64,000 nucleotides of DNA, taken from the NCBI GenBank assembly GCA_002269645.1, contig NIVC01003365.1, forward strand, positions 1-64,000. Reading direction: 5' to 3'. Both the position numbers and the translations under genes were made by a program. How positions within the stretch are numbered: position 1 is the first letter of the stretch; every line of letters begins with the position of its first letter. The stretch is from Macrostomum lignano (taxonomy: Eukaryota). Shown piece by piece: positions 51,601 through 63,600 of this stretch. The notes under the pieces were generated by a model. It made no database searches. It saw only the letters and a program-made list of their open reading frames with translations, and had not been told where the DNA came from.

Positions 51601-54600
51601 GGCTGAACAGCCAGGCGACGAGCCGTTGAGTCGCGACGACCTGGAATCGATCCCACTGACGCCGACCAGACGAACTCCCGACCTGATCGAGGTGCGAATC
51701 AGAAGAGGCTCCAAGCGACCGTCAGGGTGACGCTGGAGGTCAAGGTGTGTCTCAAGAAGAAGCCGGCGACTACAACAACGCAGAGTACTACGACATCGGC
51801 AACGACAACGAGAAGACCGAGCACTGCCGGATTGACAACAGAAACAACGCGCACTACACGGGGCACACCGGCCGGCGAAAAGGTGACCTTCCCGATGCCG
51901 TCCATCACGAGCAGGAAATCGACCGGTAGAACTACGCGCCAGAAGAAGTCGACAACAACGGCTGGCAGATCGACAACGAGCACGTCGACGAAACGGCCAA
52001 CGACGGCGAGCACTGCGGCCGCAAAGACAACCAAGGCCCCTGTGCTGACTACAACCACCAAGCGACGACGAGTGTGCAAGAAGAAGATGGCGTTCGACAG
52101 TAACGTGCTTCGTCCTGAGGATGTTGTGGAGGTGAAGCGCGTGCCGCAGAATGAGCCCTACGACGAGCCAGAGAAGAAGTCGCTGCTTCCAGGTAGACGC
52201 GGCCTGCCACTCAGAAAGGGTGACACGCTGGTCCGCATTGACCTGAGCAGGCTGCCGGAGGGAAGCCGGGTCGCCGAGATCAAGGTGAGCGCCGACAAGC
52301 CGAAGCGAATCACAAAGGTGTCTGTGACAGAAGTGACCAACAACGAGAGAACTCCGGTTGGCAAGGCTGAACAGCCAGGCGACGAGCCGTTGAGTCGCGA
52401 CGACCTGGAATCGATCCCACTGACGCCGACCAGACGAACTCCCGACCTGATCGAGGTGCGAATCAGAAGAGGCTCCAAGCGACCGTCAGGGTGACGCTGG
52501 AGGTCAAGGTGTGTCTCAAGAAGAAGCCGGCGACTACAACAACGCAGAGTACTACGACATCGGCAACGACAACGAGAAGACCGAGCACTGCCGGATTGAC
52601 AACAGAAACAACGCGCACTACACGGGGCACACCGGCCGGCGAAAAGGTGACCTTCCCGATGCCGTCCATCACGAGCAGGAAATCGACCGGTAGAACTACG
52701 CGCCAGAAGAAGTCGACAACAACGGCTGGCAGATCGACAACGAGCACGTCGACGAAACGGCCAACGACGGCGAGCACTGCGGCCGCAAAGACAACCAAGG
52801 CCCCTGTGCTGACTACAACCACCAAGCGACGACGAGTGTGCAAGAAGAAGATGGCGTTCGACAGTAACGTGCTTCGTCCTGAGGATGTTGTGGAGGTGAA
52901 GCGCGTGCCGCAGAATGAGCCCTACGACGAGCCAGAGAAGAAGTCGCTGCTTCCAGGTAGACGCGGCCTGCCACTCAGAAAGGGTGACACGCTGGTCCGC
53001 ATTGACCTGAGCAGGCTGCCGGAGGGAAGCCGGGTCGCCGAGATCAAGGTGAGCGCCGACAAGCCGAAGCGAATCACAAAGGTGTCTGTGACAGAAGTGA
53101 CCAACAACGAGAGAACTCCGGTTGGCAAGGCTGAACAGCCAGGCGACGAGCCGTTGAGTCGCGACGACCTGGAATCGATCCCACTGACGCCGACCAGACG
53201 AACTCCCGACCTGATCGAGGTGCGAATCAGAAGAGGCTCCAAGCGACCGTCAGGGTGACGCTGGAGGTCAAGGTGTGTCTCAAGAAGAAGCCGGCGACTA
53301 CAACAACGCAGAGTACTACGACATCGGCAACGACAACGAGAAGACCGAGCACTGCCGGATTGACAACAGAAACAACGCGCACTACACGGGGCACACCGGC
53401 CGGCGAAAAGGTGACCTTCCCGATGCCGTCCATCACGAGCAGGAAATCGACCGGTAGAACTACGCGCCAGAAGAAGTCGACAACAACGGCTGGCAGATCG
53501 ACAACGAGCACGTCGACGAAACGGCCAACGACGGCGAGCACTGCGGCCGCAAAGACAACCAAGGCCCCTGTGCTGACTACAACCACCAAGCGACGACGAG
53601 TGTGCAAGAAGAAGATGGCGTTCGACAGTAACGTGCTTCGTCCTGAGGATGTTGTGGAGGTGAAGCGCGTGCCGCAGAATGAGCCCTACGACGAGCCAGA
53701 GAAGAAGTCGCTGCTTCCAGGTAGACGCGGCCTGCCACTCAGAAAGGGTGACACGCTGGTCCGCATTGACCTGAGCAGGCTGCCGGAGGGAAGCCGGGTC
53801 GCCGAGATCAAGGTGAGCGCCGACAAGCCGAAGCGAATCACAAAGGTGTCTGTGACAGAAGTGACCAACAACGAGAGAACTCCGGTTGGCAAGGCTGAAC
53901 AGCCAGGCGACGAGCCGTTGAGTCGCGACGACCTGGAATCGATCCCACTGACGCCGACCAGACGAACTCCCGACCTGATCGAGGTGCGAATCAGAAGAGG
54001 CTCCAAGCGACCGTCAGGGTGACGCTGGAGGTCAAGGTGTGTCTCAAGAAGAAGCCGGCGACTACAACAACGCAGAGTACTACGACATCGGCAACGACAA
54101 CGAGAAGACCGAGCACTGCCGGATTGACAACAGAAACAACGCGCACTACACGGGGCACACCGGCCGGCGAAAAGGTGACCTTCCCGATGCCGTCCATCAC
54201 GAGCAGGAAATCGACCGGTAGAACTACGCGCCAGAAGAAGTCGACAACAACGGCTGGCAGATCGACAACGAGCACGTCGACGAAACGGCCAACGACGGCG
54301 AGCACTGCGGCCGCAAAGACAACCAAGGCCCCTGTGCTGACTACAACCACCAAGCGACGACGAGTGTGCAAGAAGAAGATGGCGTTCGACAGTAACGTGC
54401 TTCGTCCTGAGGATGTTGTGGAGGTGAAGCGCGTGCCGCAGAATGAGCCCTACGACGAGCCAGAGAAGAAGTCGCTGCTTCCAGGTAGACGCGGCCTGCC
54501 ACTCAGAAAGGGTGACACGCTGGTCCGCATTGACCTGAGCAGGCTGCCGGAGGGAAGCCGGGTCGCCGAGATCAAGGTGAGCGCCGACAAGCCGAAGCGA

Positions 54601-57600
54601 ATCACAAAGGTGTCTGTGACAGAAGTGACCAACAACGAGAGAACTCCGGTTGGCAAGGCTGAACAGCCAGGCGACGAGCCGTTGAGTCGCGACGACCTGG
54701 AATCGATCCCACTGACGCCGACCAGACGAACTCCCGACCTGATCGAGGTGCGAATCAGAAGAGGCTCCAAGCGACCGTCAGGGTGACGCTGGAGGTCAAG
54801 GTGTGTCTCAAGAAGAAGCCGGCGACTACAACAACGCAGAGTACTACGACATCGGCAACGACAACGAGAAGACCGAGCACTGCCGGATTGACAACAGAAA
54901 CAACGCGCACTACACGGGGCACACCGGCCGGCGAAAAGGTGACCTTCCCGATGCCGTCCATCACGAGCAGGAAATCGACCGGTAGAACTACGCGCCAGAA
55001 GAAGTCGACAACAACGGCTGGCAGATCGACAACGAGCACGTCGACGAAACGGCCAACGACGGCGAGCACTGCGGCCGCAAAGACAACCAAGGCCCCTGTG
55101 CTGACTACAACCACCAAGCGACGACGAGTGTGCAAGAAGAAGATGGCGTTCGACAGTAACGTGCTTCGTCCTGAGGATGTTGTGGAGGTGAAGCGCGTGC
55201 CGCAGAATGAGCCCTACGACGAGCCAGAGAAGAAGTCGCTGCTTCCAGGTAGACGCGGCCTGCCACTCAGAAAGGGTGACACGCTGGTCCGCATTGACCT
55301 GAGCAGGCTGCCGGAGGGAAGCCGGGTCGCCGAGATCAAGGTGAGCGCCGACAAGCCGAAGCGAATCACAAAGGTGTCTGTGACAGAAGTGACCAACAAC
55401 GAGAGAACTCCGGTTGGCAAGGCTGAACAGCCAGGCGACGAGCCGTTGAGTCGCGACGACCTGGAATCGATCCCACTGACGCCGACCAGACGAACTCCCG
55501 ACCTGATCGAGGTGCGAATCAGAAGAGGCTCCAAGCGACCGTCAGGGTGACGCTGGAGGTCAAGGTGTGTCTCAAGAAGAAGCCGGCGACTACAACAACG
55601 CAGAGTACTACGACATCGGCAACGACAACGAGAAGACCGAGCACTGCCGGATTGACAACAGAAACAACGCGCACTACACGGGGCACACCGGCCGGCGAAA
55701 AGGTGACCTTCCCGATGCCGTCCATCACGAGCAGGAAATCGACCGGTAGAACTACGCGCCAGAAGAAGTCGACAACAACGGCTGGCAGATCGACAACGAG
55801 CACGTCGACGAAACGGCCAACGACGGCGAGCACTGCGGCCGCAAAGACAACCAAGGCCCCTGTGCTGACTACAACCACCAAGCGACGACGAGTGTGCAAG
55901 AAGAAGATGGCGTTCGACAGTAACGTGCTTCGTCCTGAGGATGTTGTGGAGGTGAAGCGCGTGCCGCAGAATGAGCCCTACGACGAGCCAGAGAAGAAGT
56001 CGCTGCTTCCAGGTAGACGCGGCCTGCCACTCAGAAAGGGTGACACGCTGGTCCGCATTGACCTGAGCAGGCTGCCGGAGGGAAGCCGGGTCGCCGAGAT
56101 CAAGGTGAGCGCCGACAAGCCGAAGCGAATCACAAAGGTGTCTGTGACAGAAGTGACCAACAACGAGAGAACTCCGGTTGGCAAGGCTGAACAGCCAGGC
56201 GACGAGCCGTTGAGTCGCGACGACCTGGAATCGATCCCACTGACGCCGACCAGACGAACTCCCGACCTGATCGAGGTGCGAATCAGAAGAGGCTCCAAGC
56301 GACCGTCAGGGTGACGCTGGAGGTCAAGGTGTGTCTCAAGAAGAAGCCGGCGACTACAACAACGCAGAGTACTACGACATCGGCAACGACAACGAGAAGA
56401 CCGAGCACTGCCGGATTGACAACAGAAACAACGCGCACTACACGGGGCACACCGGCCGGCGAAAAGGTGACCTTCCCGATGCCGTCCATCACGAGCAGGA
56501 AATCGACCGGTAGAACTACGCGCCAGAAGAAGTCGACAACAACGGCTGGCAGATCGACAACGAGCACGTCGACGAAACGGCCAACGACGGCGAGCACTGC
56601 GGCCGCAAAGACAACCAAGGCCCCTGTGCTGACTACAACCACCAAGCGACGACGAGTGTGCAAGAAGAAGATGGCGTTCGACAGTAACGTGCTTCGTCCT
56701 GAGGATGTTGTGGAGGTGAAGCGCGTGCCGCAGAATGAGCCCTACGACGAGCCAGAGAAGAAGTCGCTGCTTCCAGGTAGACGCGGCCTGCCACTCAGAA
56801 AGGGTGACACGCTGGTCCGCATTGACCTGAGCAGGCTGCCGGAGGGAAGCCGGGTCGCCGAGATCAAGGTGAGCGCCGACAAGCCGAAGCGAATCACAAA
56901 GGTGTCTGTGACAGAAGTGACCAACAACGAGAGAACTCCGGTTGGCAAGGCTGAACAGCCAGGCGACGAGCCGTTGAGTCGCGACGACCTGGAATCGATC
57001 CCACTGACGCCGACCAGACGAACTCCCGACCTGATCGAGGTGCGAATCAGAAGAGGCTCCAAGCGACCCGTCAGGGTGACGCTGGAGGTCAAGGTGTGTC
57101 TCAAGAAGAAGCCGGCGACTACAACAACGCAGAGTACTACGACATCGGCAACGACAACGAGAAGACCGAGCACTGCCGGATTGACAACAGAAACAACGCG
57201 CACTACACGGGGCACACCGGCCGGCGAAAAGGTGACCTTCCCGATGCCGTCCATCACGAGCAGGAAATCGACCGGTAGAACTACGCGCCAGAAGAAGTCG
57301 ACAACAACGGCTGGCAGATCGACAACGAGCACGTCGACGAAACGGCCAACGACGGCGAGCACTGCGGCCGCAAAGACAACCAAGGCCCCTGTGCTGACTA
57401 CAACCACCAAGCGACGACGAGTGTGCAAGAAGAAGATGGCGTTCGACAGTAACGTGCTTCGTCCTGAGGATGTTGTGGAGGTGAAGCGCGTGCCGCAGAA
57501 TGAGCCCTACGACGAGCCAGAGAAGAAGTCGCTGCTTCCAGGTAGACGCGGCCTGCCACTCAGAAAGGGTGACACGCTGGTCCGCATTGACCTGAGCAGG

Positions 57601-60600
57601 CTGCCGGAGGGAAGCCGGGTCGCCGAGATCAAGGTGAGCGCCGACAAGCCGAAGCGAATCACAAAGGTGTCTGTGACAGAAGTGACCAACAACGAGAGAA
57701 CTCCGGTTGGCAAGGCTGAACAGCCAGGCGACGAGCCGTTGAGTCGCGACGACCTGGAATCGATCCCACTGACGCCGACCAGACGAACTCCCGACCTGAT
57801 CGAGGTGCGAATCAGAAGAGGCTCCAAGCGACCCGTCAGGGTGACGCTGGAGGTCAAGGTGTGTCTCAAGAAGAAGCCGGCGACTACAACAACGCAGAGT
57901 ACTACGACATCGGCAACGACAACGAGAAGACCGAGCACTGCCGGATTGACAACAGAAACAACGCGCACTACACGGGGCACACCGGCCGGCGAAAAGGTGA
58001 CCTTCCCGATGCCGTCCATCACGAGCAGGAAATCGACCGGTAGAACTACGCGCCAGAAGAAGTCGACAACAACGGCTGGCAGATCGACAACGAGCACGTC
58101 GACAAAACGGCCAACACGGCGAGCACTGCGGCCGCAAAGACAACCAAGGCCCCTGTGCTGACTACAACCACCAAGCGACGACGAGTGTGCAAGAAGAAGA
58201 TGGCGTTCGACAGTAACGTGCTTCGTCCTGAGGATGTTGTGGAGGTGAAGCGCGTGCCGCAGAATGAGCCCTACGACGAGCCAGAGAAGAAGTCGCTGCT
58301 TCCAGGTAGACGCGGCCTGCCACTCAGAAAGGGTGACACGCTGGTCCGCATTGACCTGAGCAGGCTGCCGGAGGGAAGCCGGGTCGCCGAGATCAAGGTG
58401 AGCGCCGACAAGCCGAAGCGAATCACAAAGGTGTCTGTGACAGAAGTGACCAACAACGAGAGAACTCCGGTTGGCAAGGCTGAACAGCCAGGCGACGAGC
58501 CGTTGAGTCGCGACGACCTGGAATCGATCCCACTGACGCCGACCAGACGAACTCCCGACCTGATCGAGGTGCGAATCAGAAGAGGCTCCAAGCGACCCGT
58601 CAGGGTGACGCTGGAGGTCAAGGTGTGTCTCAAGAAGAAGCCGGCGACTACAACAACGCAGAGTACTACGACATCGGCAACGACAACGAGAAGACCGAGC
58701 ACTGCCGGATTGACAACAGAAACAACGCGCACTACACGGGGCACACCGGCCGGCGAAAAGGTGACCTTCCCGATGCCGTCCATCACGAGCAGGAAATCGA
58801 CCGGTAGAACTACGCGCCAGAAGAAGTCGACAACAACGGCTGGCAGATCGACAACGAGCACGTCGACGAAACGGCCAACGACGGCGAGCACTGCGGCCGC
58901 AAGGACAACCAATGCATCTCTGCTAACCATGAAAACGACAAAGATATTGCCATCTATTAGAGTTTCTAGTCGAAGAAAAACAACGACAACCCCGGCGCCT
59001 ACTACAACAACAAGACGCCCGGCCGTGTGCCTGCGCAAGAGCGTGAAACTGTTTGAGAGCGGCGAGCTGCCCAGCGACGCGCTGACCAAGGCGGAGAAGC
59101 TCCCAGAGAAGAAGGAGTTCACACCCAAGGAGCGAAAGGAGGCCCTGCTGCCTAGCGGTAGTGGACTGCCAGTGAAGCGAGGCGGTTCCACCCAGCTCAC
59201 CTTCCAGGTGGACCGTCTGCCAAAGACTGCCAGCCTGATGAAGGTGGTGCTCAAGAGCAGCACGCCGGACAGTGTTCGCGAGGTGACCGTGTTTGTGGCC
59301 GACGAGGACAAGCCAGAGAAGTACGTGCAAGTGAACAGGGAGACGCCGAAGGAGCCTAAGAAGGCGCTGAGCCCAAGCCAACTAGAGAATGTGGAATTCC
59401 CCGAGCTGCCGAAGCTGCCCAAGTTTGTGCGCGTCGTGCTGAAGACGCTGCCAGGCAAGGCGACTAGCGTCAGAGCCGAGTTGAAGGCTTGCCACAAGCC
59501 GAAGACTACCGTTAGGACGACACAACAGACGACGACCACGACGGGACGCACAACACCGAGCACGACAAGCAGGAAGCCGGGATCGCCAGCCGCCGAGAAG
59601 CTCACCTTCCCGATGCCGTCGATGCCAGGAGCGACAGGAAAGACAACGACAACGCCGGCGCCTACTACAACAACAAGACGCCCGGCCGTGTGCCTGCGCA
59701 AGAGCGTGAAACTGTTTGAGAGCGGCGAGCTGCCCAGCGACGCGCTGACCAAGGCGGAGAAGCTCCCAGAGAAGAAGGAGTTCACACCCAAGGAGCGAAA
59801 GGAGGCCCTGCTGCCTAGCGGTAGTGGACTGCCAGTGAAGCGAGGCGGTTCCACCCAGCTCACCTTCCAGGTGGACCGTCTGCCAAAGACTGCCAGCCTG
59901 ATGAAGGTGGTGCTCAAGAGCAGCACGCCGGACAGTGTTCGCGAGGTGACCGTGTTTGTGGCCGACGAGGACAAGCCAGAGAAGTACGTGCAAGTGAACA
60001 GGGAGACGCCGAAGGAGCCTAAGAAGGCGCTGAGCCCAAGCCAACTAGAGAATGTGGAATTCCCCGAGCTGCCGAAGCTGCCCAAGTTTGTGCGCGTCGT
60101 GCTGAAGACGCTGCCAGGCAAGGCGACTAGCGTCAGAGCCGAGTTGAAGGCTTGCCACAAGCCGAAGACTACCGTTAGGACGACACAACAGACGACGACC
60201 ACGACGGGACGCACAACACCGAGCACGACAAGCAGGAAGCCGGGATCGCCAGCCGCCGAGAAGCTCACCTTCCCGATGCCGTCGATGCCAGGAGCGACAG
60301 GAAAGACAACGACAACGCCGGCGCCTACTACAACAACAAGACGCCCGGCCGTGTGCCTGCGCAAGAGCGTGAAACTGTTTGAGAGCGGCGAGCTGCCCAG
60401 CGACGCGCTGACCAAGGCGGAGAAGCTCCCAGAGAAGAAGGAGTTCACACCCAAGGAGCGAAAGGAGGCCCTGCTGCCTAGCGGTAGTGGACTGCCAGTG
60501 AAGCGAGGCGGTTCCACCCAGCTCACCTTCCAGGTGGACCGTCTGCCAAAGACTGCCAGCCTGATGAAGGTGGTGCTCAAGAGCAGCACGCCGGACAGTG

Positions 60601-63600
60601 TTCGCGAGGTGACCGTGTTTGTGGCCGACGAGGACAAGCCAGAGAAGTACGTGCAAGTGAACAGGGAGACGCCGAAGGAGCCTAAGAAGGCGCTGAGCCC
60701 AAGCCAACTAGAGAATGTGGAATTCCCCGAGCTGCCGAAGCTGCCCAAGTTTGTGCGCGTCGTGCTGAAGACGCTGCCAGGCAAGGCGACTAGCGTCAGA
60801 GCCGAGTTGAAGGCTTGCCACAAGCCGAAGACTACCGTTAGGACGACACAACAGACGACGACCACGACGGGACGCACAACACCGAGCACGACAAGCAGGA
60901 AGCCGGGATCGCCAGCCGCCGAGAAGCTCACCTTCCCGATGCCGTCGATGCCAGGAGCGACAGGAAAGACAACGACAACGCCGGCGCCTACTACAACAAC
61001 AAGACGCCCGGCCGTGTGCCTGCGCAAGAGCGTGAAACTGTTTGAGAGCGGCGAGCTGCCCAGCGACGCGCTGACCAAGGCGGAGAAGCTCCCAGAGAAG
61101 AAGGAGTTCACACCCAAGGAGCGAAAGGAGGCCCTGCTGCCTAGCGGTAGTGGACTGCCAGTGAAGCGAGGCGGTTCCACCCAGCTCACCTTCCAGGTGG
61201 ACCGTCTGCCAAAGACTGCCAGCCTGATGAAGGTGGTGCTCAAGAGCAGCACGCCGGACAGTGTTCGCGAGGTGACCGTGTTTGTGGCCGACGAGGACAA
61301 GCCAGAGAAGTACGTGCAAGTGAACAGGGAGACGCCGAAGGAGCCTAAGAAGGCGCTGAGCCCAAGCCAACTAGAGAATGTGGAATTCCCCGAGCTGCCG
61401 AAGCTGCCCAAGTTTGTGCGCGTCGTGCTGAAGACGCTGCCAGGCAAGGCGACTAGCGTCAGAGCCGAGTTGAAGGCTTGCCACAAGCCGAAGACTACCG
61501 TTAGGACGACACAACAGACGACGACCACGACGGGACGCACAACACCGAGCACGACAAGCAGGAAGCCGGGATCGCCAGCCGCCGAGAAGCTCACCTTCCC
61601 GATGCCGTCGATGCCAGGAGCGACAGGAAAGACAACGACAACGCCGGCGCCTACTACAACAACAAGACGCCCGGCCGTGTGCCTGCGCAAGAGCGTGAAA
61701 CTGTTTGAGAGCGGCGAGCTGCCCAGCGACGCGCTGACCAAGGCGGAGAAGCTCCCAGAGAAGAAGGAGTTCACACCCAAGGAGCGAAAGGAGGCCCTGC
61801 TGCCTAGCGGTAGTGGACTGCCAGTGAAGCGAGGCGGTTCCACCCAGCTCACCTTCCAGGTGGACCGTCTGCCAAAGACTGCCAGCCTGATGAAGGTGGT
61901 GCTCAAGAGCAGCACGCCGGACAGTGTTCGCGAGGTGACCGTGTTTGTGGCCGACGAGGACAAGCCAGAGAAGTACGTGCAAGTGAACAGGGAGACGCCG
62001 AAGGAGCCTAAGAAGGCGCTGAGCCCAAGCCAACTAGAGAATGTGGAATTCCCCGAGCTGCCGAAGCTGCCCAAGTTTGTGCGCGTCGTGCTGAAGACGC
62101 TGCCAGGCAAGGCGACTAGCGTCAGAGCCGAGTTGAAGGCTTGCCACAAGCCGAAGACTACCGTTAGGACGACACAACAGACGACGACCACGACGGGACG
62201 CACAACACCGAGCACGACAAGCAGGAAGCCGGGATCGCCAGCCGCCGAGAAGCTCACCTTCCCGATGCCGTCGATGCCAGGAGCGACAGGAAAGACAACG
62301 ACAACGCCGGCGCCTACTACAACAACAAGACGCCCGGCCGTGTGCCTGCGCAAGAGCGTGAAACTGTTTGAGAGCGGCGAGCTGCCCAGCGACGCGCTGA
62401 CCAAGGCGGAGAAGCTCCCAGAGAAGAAGGAGTTCACACCCAAGGAGCGAAAGGAGGCCCTGCTGCCTAGCGGTAGTGGACTGCCAGTGAAGCGAGGCGG
62501 TTCCACCCAGCTCACCTTCCAGGTGGACCGTCTGCCAAAGACTGCCAGCCTGATGAAGGTGGTGCTCAAGAGCAGCACGCCGGACAGTGTTCGCGAGGTG
62601 ACCGTGTTTGTGGCCGACGAGGACAAGCCAGAGAAGTACGTGCAAGTGAACAGGGAGACGCCGAAGGAGCCTAAGAAGGCGCTGAGCCCAAGCCAACTAG
62701 AGAATGTGGAATTCCCCGAGCTGCCGAAGCTGCCCAAGTTTGTGCGCGTCGTGCTGAAGACGCTGCCAGGCAAGGCGACTAGCGTCAGAGCCGAGTTGAA
62801 GGCTTGCCACAAGCCGAAGACTACCGTTAGGACGACACAACAGACGACGACCACGACGGGACGCACAACACCGAGCACGACAAGCAGGAAGCCGGGATCG
62901 CCAGCCGCCGAGAAGCTCACCTTCCCGATGCCGTCGATGCCAGGAGCGACAGGAAAGACAACGACAACGCCGGCGCCTACTACAACAACAAGACGCCCGG
63001 CCGTGTGCCTGCGCAAGAGCGTGAAACTGTTTGAGAGCGGCGAGCTGCCCAGCGACGCGCTGACCAAGGCGGAGAAGCTCCCAGAGAAGAAGGAGTTCAC
63101 ACCCAAGGAGCGAAAGGAGGCCCTGCTGCCTAGCGGTAGTGGACTGCCAGTGAAGCGAGGCGGTTCCACCCAGCTCACCTTCCAGGTGGACCGTCTGCCA
63201 AAGACTGCCAGCCTGATGAAGGTGGTGCTCAAGAGCAGCACGCCGGACAGTGTTCGCGAGGTGACCGTGTTTGTGGCCGACGAGGACAAGCCAGAGAAGT
63301 ACGTGCAAGTGAACAGGGAGACGCCGAAGGAGCCTAAGAAGGCGCTGAGCCCAAGCCAACTAGAGAATGTGGAATTCCCCGAGCTGCCGAAGCTGCCCAA
63401 GTTTGTGCGCGTCGTGCTGAAGACGCTGCCAGGCAAGGCGACTAGCGTCAGAGCCGAGTTGAAGGCTTGCCACAAGCCGAAGACTACCGTTAGGACGACA
63501 CAACAGACGACGACCACGACGGGACGCACAACACCGAGCACGACAAGCAGGAAGCCGGGATCGCCAGCCGCCGAGAAGCTCACCTTCCCGATGCCGTCGA

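Noticed and set aside
44087-56314. Array of 17 separate 255-aa genes or programmed frameshift sites
   Set aside because: The ORF starts are GTG codons internal to the module, there is no slippery heptamer, and flanking copies are intact and in frame. A sequencing error is more parsimonious.
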